Of a stretch of DNA of 64,000 nucleotides, positions 28,547 to 44,140 are shown piece by piece. The position numbers and the translations under genes were made by a program. Each line of letters starts with the position of its first letter. Within the stretch, counting starts at the first letter, position 1. Under the pieces are notes generated by a model, which did no database searches, had not been told where the DNA came from, and saw only the letters and a program-made list of their open reading frames with translations. This DNA comes from the human T2T-CHM13v2.0 reference genome, Homo sapiens: the NCBI RefSeq assembly GCF_009914755.1, contig NC_060928.1. One strand, given 5' to 3'.

Positions 28547-30009
28547 GCCATCTGACAATGGAATAGACGGGAATGGTGCAGGGGTTTTGAGGTGACTATG
28601 TTAAGGCCCCCAGTAAAGGTGTCTGGGTTGTGTACTGCACAAGAGCGCCATATATTAACTTATCCCAGAATGTGAAGGCCAGAATCTCTGGTCACAGAAA
28701 AGCAGAAAATATACTCCTCCTGAATATAAGCCCACAGTATACATAAGGCCATGCGTATACTTGGAAAAAGTATGTGTCCTGTGTGAATCACGTTCCAAGC
28801 ATCCCCTGAAGTTACTGCTCCCACACTCAGAGGTCTGACTCATGTCTACCAGACTCCAACCTTGCTTCTTTTTCCCTGTGGCAGGAGGGTACAGATAGCA
28901 CAGTATATACAAGCTACTGACACTGTGGAAACCAAACGTTGGGGAGGGGGGCAGGTTGTTACAATGTGGGCACAGAATGTGTGTAAGAATGTGTGTGCAG
29001 CCAAGGAAGCTTCCCACAAGGACCCTGGAAATCCCCCCCAATTCCCCCTACCGCAAGGTCAGAGCTGTCTAGATTGAGCCACAATATCATAATAAACTAA
29101 ATGGTGGAAGGGGCACTTTTTGCCAATCCTCAGGGCCCCTGAGAGTTGTAAGGATTTGAATGATCACTGAAGGGAATGGGAGAGCTGTCCAGCATGTGCA
29201 CTGCTGTGCATCATGGAGGGTATAGCTGGGACTGCAGCCCATGAATTTTTCATGGGCCAATCTGCAGGATTGAGTGATGCTCTGTACGCATACCTGGAAA
29301 CTCAGAGGTAGAAATGGAGAAGGCAGTTTAGGAAATAGATCCATGGTTAGGGTTTTTCCAGGAAGGAGCCTGATATTCTAGAGGCTTTTCAAGGAATTTC
29401 GTGGTTTTGAAGGATAAGGGGTTCAGGTGTTGAGCTTCAGGATAGGCTGGTTAGGCCACAAAATGACTGATTTACTGAGAGAATTTGGAGGGTCTGGTAG
29501 TCTGTGAGGTGTGAGATCGGGATAGTGGGAAGGAGGGTATGAGAGAGCTGAACCTTTCTCAACCTAGTCCTTGCTGCCAATGTCTTTGGAACTCTTGAGA
29601 ATCTCATATGAGCCATTCTGTTGCCAAGGCGCAGGTTAATAACACAACTTCTCCTCTTCTTCCTTTCAGCATTGCCAACAAGTTAGTCTATTTGGATAGC
29701 TTCTTAGTTCCTGCTACTACAAAATCTGTCCCTTTATAGGGGACAATCTTCTCATTCCATCCTGGGTTTAGCATGGACCATCACATCCCCACAGTTCCCA
29801 CCACTGTGACACCAGGAGGACAACATATGGGCCCTTTTATATTAAAGGATTTCCCGAAAACCAGAGAGAAAATAAGAAAAGAGGGAACATTCAGAAAACT
29901 ACAGAAGCTTACAAAGTGTTTGTCTAGTCTAAGCCAGATTATAACTACAGGAGTTACATGAGTTAATGGCATGAGTTTTGTGTAGGTGAAATAACTATGT
30001 GTTATTTCT

Positions 30010-30575
30010 ACAAATAGCAATATAATGCCAACCATGTAAGTGATTCCAAATTTTCTGGTGGCCACATTAAAAAATAAGAACAGGTGAAATTAGTTATAAT
30101 AATAGATTTCATTTAATCCTATATATCCAAAATACCATTTCAATATGTGTATTAGTCCATTTGCATGCTGCTGATAAAAACATATCCAAGACTGGGCAAT
30201 TTACAAAAGAAAAGGTTTTAATTGGACTTACAGTTCCATGTGGCTGGGAAATGTCTCACAACCATGGTGGAGGGCAAAAGGCACTTTTTACATGGCTGCA
30301 GCAAAAGAGAATGAAGAAGAAGCAAAAGTGGAAACCCCTGATAAACCCATCAGATCTCATGAGACTTATTAAGTATCGTGAGAATAGCACAGGAAAGACC
30401 AGTCCCCATGATTCAATTACCTCCCCCTGGATCCCTCCCATGACACATGGGAATTCTGGGTGATATAATTCAAGCTGAGATTTGGGCGGGGGCACAGCCA
30501 AACCATGTCAACATGTAATCAAAATATTGAAATTACTAATGAGATATTTATCATTCTTTTTACCATACTATGTCT
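30010..30575. mobile_element. MER33-like DNA transposon split by THE1
   Basis: aaattttctggtggccacattaaaaaataagaacaggtgaaatta...atttcaatatg continues as taatcaaaatattgaaattactaatgagatattt after the LTR. Confidence 0.6.
30148..30510 (-). mobile_element. THE1 solo LTR (THE1B/C-like)
   Basis: tgtattagtccat...cacagccaaaccatgtca, ~360 bp; 5-bp TSD atatg/acatg. Confidence 0.92.
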
Positions 30576-31481
30576 CTACCTGTGACTGTCCCTTCTTATC
30601 CCACAACCATGGCAGAATGCTCCTATGATCTTACTTATAGTAGGCACTCCTTTGCCACATCCTCCCTGGCCCCTAGCCCTTGGTTGCCTACAGGGTCACA
30701 TTTATCTATTTAGCTAGAAGTAACCTCAGCGTCTAGCCTCTGGGTAGCTCCTGTCCATGCAGGATCCAGCTTCTCCCTTTCAGGCAACAGACACTTGCCT
30801 CTAACATATTTGGGTTGAAGAAGGTTGGTCTCTTGGCCACCATGACTCAGCCCACTCTGCCAGCTGTTTATTCATGGTCAACTGGCTGCTAACTGCTCTC
30901 TGGATGTAGTTCTGGGGTAGCCACTGTGGCCTCACATGGGTGGCTGCACTTCTCTTTGTTGCCCCTCCCCAGACAGGTACAGTTGCCCCCTTCTTCCCCT
31001 GCTACAACATACTGACAAAAAGGAGCTGTGTGTAACAGACTTTCCCTGATGATTTGGCCAATATCATCTATAGATCCCTGGTCTTAACTTATCTCTTTAT
31101 TGTAGCCCTGCTTCTCTCTCTCTCTCTCTCTCTCTCTCCCCCTTCTTTCTCTTTCTCTCTCTCTTAGAATTCTAAGACCTTCAACATGCCTCACCATCAG
31201 CCCACCTTCCCCAAAAAAGACCCTGAAAATTTTTATTACTTTATTGTGATATAGAGGATCAGCTGAGCCTATTCCAGATTGCAAAAGTTTTCACCTGGAG
31301 TCCGTGGACTCCCAGGGAGTCTGCAAATTGAATTTAGGGGGGTTGTAGACTTGAGTAGAAAAAAAAATCACCTCTTTATTTTCAATAACTTCAACATGAA
31401 GTTTGGCATTTCCTTTAACTATGAATGTAGGCAACAACCTCAGTAACATTAGCAGTATCTATGACACTGACATATGTCTAT

Positions 31482-31668
31482 GTAGCTAGGACTACAGGTG
31501 CGCACAACCACACCCAGCTATGTTTTCTTTTGTTTTTTTGTTTTTTTTTTTTAGAAACAGGGTCTCATTTTATTACCTAGGCTGGTCTTGAACTCCTGGG
31601 CTCAAGCAGTGTGCCCGCCTTAGCCTCCCAAAGTGCTGAGATTAGAGGCATGAGCCACTGCACTCAGC
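31482..31668 (-). mobile_element. Partial Alu (AluJ-like) inside an older hAT-like relic (~31280-31790)
   Basis: gtagctaggactacaggtgcgc...cccaaagtgctgagattagaggcatgagccactgc. Confidence 0.75.
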
Positions 31669-31795
31669 TGACATTATTTAAATATAATTGGTTTTCTTTG
31701 TAATACTATGTATTTTATTTTATGCACAGGAAAACATGATTCAGAGATGAGATTCCATAGGCTATACTGACTGCCAAAGGGATCCGAGGCACATG

Positions 31796-31798
<3 letters not shown>

Positions 31799-31842
<44 letters not shown>
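31799..31842 (+). repeat. (CA)n microsatellite, ~22 units
   Basis: Uninterrupted acacac run. Confidence 0.97.
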
Positions 31843-31844
<2 letters not shown>

Positions 31845-32199
31845 TTAGAGCTACCTGTCTAGGCCTCCCTTTGCATAATCACACTCCTTGTGGAATTTTC
31901 CTATGCAAAGGTAACCTTCCCAGATGCTGCTTTCTCTGGAAACTGCTGCAAGTATAACCAAGGCTTGAGGAATGTAAGTAACTTTATCTAGCTAGCTATT
32001 TAATAGCACAGACCTATAAATTTATTCGGTGGGGATATTTCCTTCCTTGCTCATGGATGAAGTTTAGAGCAAGTCCCTTAATTTTCCTGGTAATAAATCT
32101 TTAAGGTAATAAAACTACTCCAGACACTAATTGAAACTCAAGTCCCCTGCAATACTTTAAAACTCTCTCTCTCTCTCTCTCTCTCTCCCCGCTGCTTGT

Positions 32200-32630
32200 G
32201 TCCCAGCACACAGTGTAGTGGATGCCATTGTGCACCGCCCACAGGGATGTCCCAGTCATCCCCCAGCTGCTGAGATTGGCCCTGATGGTTCTCAGTTGAG
32301 TGGCTCTCTGGAAATTGCCCTTAGTAAAAGAAAATGCCTCAGCCAAGGTCATACCTCTTCCCCAGGGACAGCCCTCATCCAATGGCTGGTTAATGGGCGT
32401 GAGGAAGTGTTGAGCACCCTCTTCCAAGGTCAGACAACTTAAGAAGGGCCACCCAGCTGCAGAACTGTCTCATAGGAAAGTCTGAGGCCTCTGTTACAGC
32501 TGCATTCCAGTTCACTGTCTCCTCTGCCCAATCCTACTCCCTCCGCCCCAACACACAGGTGTCAATCCACCAGGCACACCCTAACAAATCTATAAATCTT
32601 CTTCTCACCATCTTTATCCTGAAGAAATCG
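32200..32630. mobile_element. LTR16-like ERVL LTR relic
   Basis: ccccagctgctgag...cctcagccaaggtca...cagccctcatccaatggctggt...cctctgcccaatcctactccc. Confidence 0.55.
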
Positions 32631-32717
32631 GCCTTTTTTTCTCCTTTTCTGCCAGGTTTTTCTTATCCTCATTCCCCACCTTGCCAACCAGTTTTGGTTT
32701 TGATGTTGTTTGTTTGA

Positions 32718-33112
<395 letters not shown>

Positions 33113-33248
33113 AAAAGCAGACTTTTTTCTCCTGAGAATTCTTATGGTTTTTTGGGACATCTCTAGATCTTCCCTGCCCTCCCCCTGCCCACTGCCCCTT
33201 TATCCCTAGAAATCTACCTTCCTCTATTCTCTTTAAAGAGAAGGAACA

Positions 33249-33567
<319 letters not shown>

Positions 33568-33826
33568 TCACATCTTCTACAGACTGTGGACACCCAGTGC
33601 TACCTCCAGCTTCTTTCTCCTAAGGACTGCTTGCCCCTTCAGGCCGCCTCATAGATAAGCCCTTCCACGCTTGCACCACAGGAAACATTCTTTGCTCCAA
33701 AAATCTCTGGAATGGGCTTCAGAAAGGAGATGACCCTGAGGGAGGAAAGCATGTGGGTTGGCGTGGTAGGCAGCATAGTGGCCCCAAAGATGCCCATGTC
33801 CTAGTCTCTGGAACCTGTGAATATAT

Positions 33827-33880
33827 CAGCCTGGGTGAAAGAGCGAGACTCTGTCTCAAAAAAAAAAAAAAAAAAAAAAA
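33827..33880 (+). mobile_element. Alu 3'-end fragment with poly(A)
   Basis: cagcctgggtgaaagagcgagactctgtctc followed by an uninterrupted A run. Confidence 0.9.
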
Positions 33881-34041
33881 GAGGGAGGCAGAACAGTAAA
33901 GTCAGTCAAAGGAGCATGTGAATATGAAAGAAAGACACAGAGATGTGATGCTGCTGACTTCAAAGATGGAGGGAAGGGACCATGAGTCCAGGAAGATAGA
34001 AGGTCTCTGCAAACTGTAAGGACAAGAAATTGGATTTTCTC

Positions 34042-34381
<340 letters not shown>

Positions 34382-35093
34382 GATTTTCTCCTAGAGCCTC
34401 CAGACAGGAGAGTACCCTGGCCATGCTTTGATTTTAGCTCAGGGAGACTCGTTTTAGGCTTCTATCCTACAGAACTGTAAGATCATACATTTGTGTTAAG
34501 ATGCTACGTTGTGGTAATTTGTTACAGCAGCAATACAGAACCAGTGCAGCAGGGTAACTCAGCCTCCACACAATGGTTCTTGGAGGGTTAGTAAAAGAAA
34601 GCTAGTTCTCGAAGGGTTATTGAAGAGAGCATAAGACTGCAAACTTCTTGAACCCAGCCCCACGGGCCCTACATTAGAAGTAAAGTCTGGGCAAGTACAC
34701 ATGAATTCAGAGCTATATATTAATATAACCTTTGAGCAACTCCAATGTGATGCTTAGAGTCTAGACCAGCCAGGGATCTCAGGAGTCCTGGAAAAGCATC
34801 CCCAACTTTCAAAAGGTCCAGTCATCATCACTACTGCAGGGACCAAGATACAGAACAGGTGCACTGACCAGACCCTCTCTCCTCTCTTCTCTTTCTCCCA
34901 GGGGATAAAAAGTAGGATGGTCCCTGTATCGTGTCAGCCTATTGATTGGAGAAACATCATAAGCCTACAAATGTTGAAGCTGTTTATATCTGTCACTGTA
35001 TTTCTGGTATTGAACACAGTGCTATGCACTCACTACGCACTCAGTTAATGTGTGGACTTTTTCTTTTTTCTTTCTTTTTTTTTTTTTTCTTGT

Positions 35094-35199
35094 AAGACTA
35101 GTTAAGTGCAGTAGTGAGAAGGAAGGAAAGAGTAGAACAAGGAGTGCAATCGTAACCAACTGTGACCAGCTGAGATAACTCGCTACCTTTAGACCAACC
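35094..35199 (-). pseudogene. Y1 RNA (RNY1-derived) processed pseudogene
   Basis: Reverse complement GGTTGGTCTAAAGGTAGCGAGTTATCTCAGCTGGTCACAGTTGGTTACGATTGCACTCCTTGTTCTACTCTTTCCTTCCTTCTCACTACTGCACTTAACTAGTCTT aligns end to end with hY1. A-tail at 35058-35093; 17-bp TSD tcagt(t/a)aatgtgt(g/t)gac at 35041-35057 and 35200-35216. Confidence 0.93.
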
Positions 35200-36784
35200 T
35201 CAGTAAATGTGTTGACATAGTGTCTTAGACTTCCCTTGTGATATGAATAAGTTCAACAGTCCTGCAATGAGCCATGTGAATTTAAATGGCAATCTAAGCC
35301 AAGATCATTATGGCAAGTCTCGGGGCAGTAAAGAACAAACAAATGGTGCCTCTTTCTCTAATGAGCCTTAACTTAATATCTCAGTTGGAAACATAATAGT
35401 AAGATAAGCTCCAATTTTCCCAGCAAAGCTGTGTATTCAAAATTGACATTGGCAAACTTAGTGCAGTTTGTTTTAACTCTTGCTCCTGTAGCTGAGGACT
35501 GTCAGAGGTGATAAGGAGTTTGGTCCTGGCCATGAAGGTACAAAATAGTAGATGAAAACGCCACTTGGGGAAATCTGTTCCTGGACCTTTCTTAAGCAGT
35601 TGGTATCTAAATTGTGGGAAAATGCAGAATATTGTGAAATGCATCAAACACTGTCTCCACCGGGAGATTCAAATGAAAACTTTAAGTTATTTGATCATCT
35701 AATGACCTGAAGGTGACTTGGCAGGCTCTCAATGGATGGTAAGGGCTCTTTGTCTGGTCTGTAGCACTTTCCATGCAGTCTAACAGATGCTCCAAGCCAA
35801 GATGATTTTTAGGATTGTGACAGGGGTTTGCATTCATCAGGGTGTTGGGCAACACTGCAACAGGGATAACATTTGCTTTTAGTGCTTTTTCATATTGTTT
35901 AACTCACTTTCTTCCAGTCCTTTCCCTGCCTACCCTCAAGAAGTGTCTCCATCCCTCACCCCTCCACACTTCTCCTTCACTGCATAAAATTGTGCCTTCT
36001 CCAGCTCTGCTGCCCAAAAGTCAACACTGCTGCTGTCAGCCAGATGAAATGTGCTTCACTGACTGACTGTCAGTCTTCCTCATAAGTATTCTAATTTTCA
36101 CTAGGAATTTAACCTTTAAATCCACCTTTAATTAAAAATATTCTGAACTATCAGACCCAGTAGATAACTACAAAGCATCCATGTATATAATATAGTCATG
36201 GAAAAGAAGGTTAAGCAAAACTATGTAGTTTGATATATTACAATAAGCTAATATTTAAGCACTTATACATGAACATATTTAATTTGTCTTTATATAAACC
36301 CAGTTGTATATGTGTCTGTACATTAAAATATATCTAAAATGCAGAGTATGTGAGATTAGAGTTCATTTATAAAATTGCTGTAATTTCAATTTGGCCGATT
36401 CATCTGCACAATGATAGGTAAGTACTGTCTGAATGTTAAGAAAAGGCTTGAAAAAGTGAAAAATCAGATTGTCCAAAATCACCTGTAAAAAAGTTAAGAT
36501 AGTGAATTTTAAAATAATCAAAATTAAGTACAGAAAATGACTTTTTAAATAACTTGCTGGTTTTTAATTCAATAAAGCTGTGAGGTTTTGAACTAGCTTG
36601 CTTTTTATGCCCTGACATTTTGATTTTTCTGTGTTTGAACCTAGTTCCTTACTGCAGTCTGCAGATGGCCTGGTATAGTGAGGTTGGCTTTAGTATCACA
36701 TTCTTCAACAGCTCCAGTCCACAGACTTATTTTCTGAATCACACTTATTAGGTCCTTCATGGAAACTGCTAGCCAACCAAGTGC

Positions 36785-37091
<307 letters not shown>

Positions 37092-37669
37092 CCATGTGCT
37101 TTTAATGCCACCAACCTTTTGGTTACCCATTAAAACAGAAAAGGAGGCCCCCCAGTGATCTGTTTTGTGCTTTGGATTTTACTTATCTATCTCCTCCAAA
37201 CCTCAAACATCTACATTTTAAAAAATATTTTTCCTCTGTTAACTAAATAATACAAGCTCTTTTAAAAATTATGGAAAAATAGAAAAATCACCACAAGTTA
37301 ATTGCTAAAAAAGTACCATGTTGAGTATATTTTGGTATCCTATTGTGTCTGTGGGGTTTTTTTGAACTAATATTATAGCATTAGCACTTCCTCATGTCAT
37401 TAAATGGTCTCCAAAAACATGATTTTAATGACTGTAAAACATGAACCGTTCTCTTAGAGCAGACATCAATATTAATTCTTATACTAATGCCAAGAGAAAC
37501 AGCCTTGTTCATTAACTGCATACCTACATTTTAAAAGACATATTTCTAGAGGTAGTTTTAAATACTCTTAGTGCTCCCCTAGACAGAAATTGGAATAAAG
37601 GAAAACCCATTTCAATCAAAACTTAAGCCAGGGTGCACCATAGCTCTTTCTACTAGCTGGACCTTTAAA

Positions 37670-37880
37670 GCAGTTCTGTGCTAAAGAACTTTTTGTGATG
37701 ACAAAATGTTCCTTATCTGCACTAATATGTAGCCACCAGCCATGTGTGGCTATTGAACATTTGAAATGTGACTCATGAGAATGAGGAACTGAATGCTACA
37801 TTTTATTTAGTTTTAATTAATTCAAATCTAAATGTAAATAACTACATGTGGCTAGTGGCTGCCACATGGGACAGCACAAT
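37670..37880. mobile_element. MER3-like DNA transposon relic
   Basis: tagccaccagccatgtgtggctattgaacatttgaaatgtgact...aactacatgtggctagtggct. Confidence 0.75.
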
Positions 37881-37903
37881 GGAAAATAGCAGAATATATC
37901 TGA

Positions 37904-38205
37904 GGCTGGGCGCAGTGGGTCACGCCTGTAATCCCAACACTTTAGGAGGCCGAGGCAGGCAGTTCACTTGAGCCCAGGAGTTCGAGACCAACCTGGGCAA
38001 CATGATGAAACCCTGTCTCTACTAAAAATACAAAAAGTTGGCCAGGTGTGTTGAGCACCTGTAGTCCCATCTACTCAGGAGGCTGAGGTGGGAGGATTGC
38101 TTGAGCCTGGTAAACTGAGGCTGCAGTAAGCCGAGATAGCACCACTGTACTCCAGACTGGGTGATGGATTGAGACCCTGTCCCCACCACCCCCGCCAAAA
38201 AAAAA
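37904..38205 (+). mobile_element. AluJ
   Basis: Full Alu; TSD agaatatat(c/t)tg. Confidence 0.92.
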
Positions 38206-39357
38206 GAATATATTTGGTTGTACCTGGGGTTTACCAAGTAATACTTTTAAAAGCATTTTTGATTTAAGTGCAAAATCTACACTCTCCCTAATAATGGCAA
38301 TTGCAGTTTTAATTTTTTAATTTTTTTAATTTTTTAGCTATAGCGCCTACCCATTATTTAGCTTAATGATAGGCTTTGATGAATGGCAGTATACAAATAG
38401 TATCCAACAACCTAGATATCTTATACCTTTTCAGATATTGCAGTGATTTTAATTACCACAAAGAATCTGAAGACTCTTAAGAAATTATGTTTGACAAATA
38501 CTAATTATGTTATTCAGATTTTGTGAAGTAGTTTCAGACATAATGGAAATATGGCACTCAGAACACCAGAGAGATTTGAAAGACATATTACTCCAGAGTA
38601 TTCCTAAGTGTTCCACATTCTGGGCAGGAGGGGCGGGGTGGGGGGGAGTACAAAAGCAGCCTACTTTGTGGTTCTTAGTTCACATCTATAAAGAAGTTAA
38701 ATGGGGTTTTGGTTCATGTTTGGGAAGAAACTCAGAAGTTGCACATTTTCAGGAAAAAACTGTCTCTGAGCTGTGATCTTACCTAACTCACATTTAGTTC
38801 AGATCTCCTCACCAACTCCTTCACTGCTGAGTCAGCCAACATCAGCAAAGGCCGCAGAAGCATCTTACATTCTCCCACTTGGAAGGCGCTCCCGGCCTCC
38901 TGCCTCCCTTGTCTTCAACAGGATGACATTTACCCATCTTCCAACTCCCTGAAGAAAGGTCACTTCCCCTGACTAATGCTCTCCTCTGTCACACAGACTG
39001 CTGCATTCCATACGTCTCACTTAATAACATTCATCACACTCCTCACCTCTTATTCAATATGTCTTCCAGAAATCCCTTGAGGTTGAGGACCATGGGCTGT
39101 GTTGTCTTCTTTGCTACATCTGCAGTGCCTGGTCTATACATAACAGGTGTTCTATAAATATTTAATAGATGCATAAATGAATTTAATCTTTGCAATCACC
39201 ATAGGAGAAAAGAGTTTTCATTCTCATCGTGGGCGAGGAAAGTAAGGCAAGGAAAGTTTTCATCCTCATTGTGGGCGAGGAAAGTAATGATCAGAAACAG
39301 TATATCTGTTCAGGGTCTCACAGCTAAGAAGTTGGATGTGGGATATGAACCCAGTTC

Positions 39358-39713
<356 letters not shown>

Positions 39714-39739
39714 TGAGAGTTGCCCTCTTATTTTTCTTC

Positions 39740-40858
<1,119 letters not shown>

Positions 40859-42204
40859 TATGTAAATCCAAAAATGCAGCCTATGTACACGGCTCAAACT
40901 CAAAATGAACACAGCCATATAACCAACACCTGGATCAAGAACTAGAATATGTCTAGCACTCCAAAGTCCTTTCCTTCTCTATTCCAGTCACTCAGCTCCA
41001 CCGTCATAAATAACCACTATCTTATCTTTTAACTGAATATATTAGCTTTTTCTTTTAAGTATAATTCACAAACCATAAATCTTTAAAGTATACAATTCAG
41101 TGGTTTTCAGCATATTCACAAAACTGTGCAACCATCACTACTATCTGATTCCAGAACATTTTCATCACCCCAAAAAGAAAGTCTGCATTCATTAGCATTT
41201 ATTCCCATCATCCCCCACCCCTCAGCACCTGGAAATCACTAATCGACTTTCTATTACTATCAGTTTTCCTATTCTGGACATTCACTTCATATAAATGGAA
41301 TCAATTTGTGGCCTTTTGTATCTGGCTTCTTTCACTCAGCACAATGTTTTCAAGGTTCTTGCATGCTGTAGCATGTATCAGTACTTCATTTCTTTTTATG
41401 ACTGAATGGACATACCATGTTTTCTGTGTCTATTCATCAGTTGATGGACATTTATGTTGTTTCCATATTTTAGCTATTATGAATAATGTTGCTGTGAACA
41501 TTTGTGTACAAGTTTCTGTGTGGACATATGTTTTCAATTAGCTTGGGCATGTACTTAAATGCGCTTGTACCGTAATTATCCAGTAGAGTCCAAGGCTTAG
41601 GATAGATACCAATCAATAGATTGCAAGTTAAAAGCAACCTTAACCTCTGAAAAAGCTGGACTCCCCTACCTCAGGAAGTAACCTGGACACTTGGGAGAGT
41701 TGTACCTCTCCTGTGTGTGATACACATTGTCTCTTTACGTTCATCCTCCCAGCTAGTAAGTGATTACCCATTTTTCCACATCAGTGTCAGTACAGGAAAC
41801 AGCACCCTACTCATGTGCTCAGAAAGCATCATACGGAGTCACAATAAAAGCTCATGTGCTTAAAATGATTTTAGACACTTGATTTTGAGGGAAAAAAACC
41901 ACAGCAGGACAAAAGCACGCGCCTATGCTCGTTCTCTGGTGAGAATATCAAAGAAATAGAGAGTTAGCAAGATCCGCAGGAGTCTGCCCTATATACTTGA
42001 CAGCAATGATGAGGACACAGCAATAGAGATATGCTTCCAACTCTCCCTTTCTTTTGCTTTCAAAAAAAATTTCAAAAGAATACATCCTCAGACAGATAAA
42101 CAGATTCTTTGGTATGAATATATAGCATATAAAAGATAAAGAATAATAAAATTAATATACGTGTACCTACTAACCCAGCCGAAGAAGCAGAATATTTCCA
42201 AACC

Positions 42205-42338
42205 TTTTTTTAAAAAAAAATAGAGACAGGGTCTCACTATGTTGGCCAGGCTGGTCTCAAACTCCTGGCCTCAAGCACTCCTCCTGATTCAGCTTCCCAA
42301 AGTGCTGGGATTACAGGCATGAGACACTGCGTCCAGCC
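42205..42338 (-). mobile_element. Alu left monomer (FLAM-like)
   Basis: tagagacagggtctcactatgttggccaggctgg...gattacaggcatgagacactgcgtccagcc. Confidence 0.85.
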
Positions 42339-42695
42339 CACCAAAACTTTTGCAGTCTCTCTAACTTCTCCCAATGTATTCACCACACTGAATTTTGTGA
42401 TAATATTTTTGTTATAATTTTACAACATTTGCATGTATTTTTAAATGCTATATTTAGTTTTGTACCTTTTGAACTTTATGTAGATAGCATCCTACTGCTT
42501 GTATTCTTCTGCCACTTGCTTTTTCACTCAACATTATGTTTGTAAGATTAACCCGCATTGAAACATTTTTCTTTAGTTTATTCACCTTCACTATTCCATT
42601 TTATGTAACTACTACAAATTATTTATCCTTCATGATATGAGACACATGGATTGTGTGCATTTTTTGCTTTTATAAACAGTGTTGTTATGAACAGT

Positions 42696-43063
42696 TGTAT
42701 GGTAGGTACACCTGACAGCAATAACTTAAACATACCCTGTGTGGCAGATGCGCCTGACAGTGATAATTTAGCTGAAGAAGTCGGGGTTGCCACGTGGAGG
42801 TTGCTGGCGTGGAGGATGCTAAGACACTTTATAAACTGCATGCTTTTACAAGTGGTTGCAGTTCTGTCTAGCACAATGCCACTGGACCATCCCTATATGT
42901 AAGTTCCCCCTAATAAAACCCTATGTCTAGGTGCTTCATTAGCACTGTAGGCAGTTTGCCAGTCTCATAAAACTTTATGTCTTGTTCACTGGCTTCGCGT
43001 CTCTTCTTCAGCCTCTCAAAACTGGTGCCATCCCTACTGAAGTTAATAGGAGTCCAGCAGCAC
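42696..43063 (+). mobile_element. LTR47-like ERVL solo LTR, internally deleted
   Basis: tgtatggtaggtacacctgacagcaataacttaaacataccctg...ataaactgcatgctttt...aataaaaccctatgtct...ggtgccatccctactgaagttaatagg. Confidence 0.75.
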
Positions 43064-43069
43064 TGCATT

Positions 43070-43838
43070 CATATATATATATACACACACACATATATAT
43101 GTACAGATACATACACACACATATGTACATATACATATACACACATATATGTACATATACATATACACATGTACATATACATATATACACACTTATATGT
43201 ACACATACATATATACACACTTATATGTACACATACATACACACACATATATGTACACATACATATACACACATATATGTACACATACATATATACACAC
43301 ATATAGTACATATACATATATACACACATATGTGTACAGATACATATATACACACATATGTGTACAGATACATATATACACACATATGTGTACAGATACA
43401 TATACACACATATGTGTACAGATACATATACACACATATGTGTACAGATACATGCATACACACATATGCACAGATACGTATATACACACATATATGTGCA
43501 GATACGTATATACACATATATGTGCAGATACATATATACACATATATGTACAGATACTTATATACGCGTATATGTACAGATACGTATATACACACATATG
43601 TACAGATACGTATATACACACATATGTACAGATACATACACATACATATGTACAGATACATACACCCATATATGTACAGATACGTATATACACCCATATA
43701 TGTACAGATACGTATATACACCCATATATGTACAGATACGTATATACACCCATATATGTACAGATATGTATATGTACACCTATATATGTACAGATACGTA
43801 TATGTACAGCTACATATATATGTACAGATACATATATA
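43070..43838. repeat. TA/CA-rich purine-pyrimidine minisatellite, ~24-28 bp units (e.g. ATATGTGTACAGATACATATATACAC)
   Basis: Directly visible tandem array; source of the Y/I/H/T-rich pseudo-ORFs on both strands. Confidence 0.95.
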
Positions 43839-43839
43839 A

Positions 43840-44140
<301 letters not shown>

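Noticed and set aside
43070-43838. Possible CRISPR-like array
   Set aside because: Contiguous degenerate units without unique spacers, no cas genes, and primate context.
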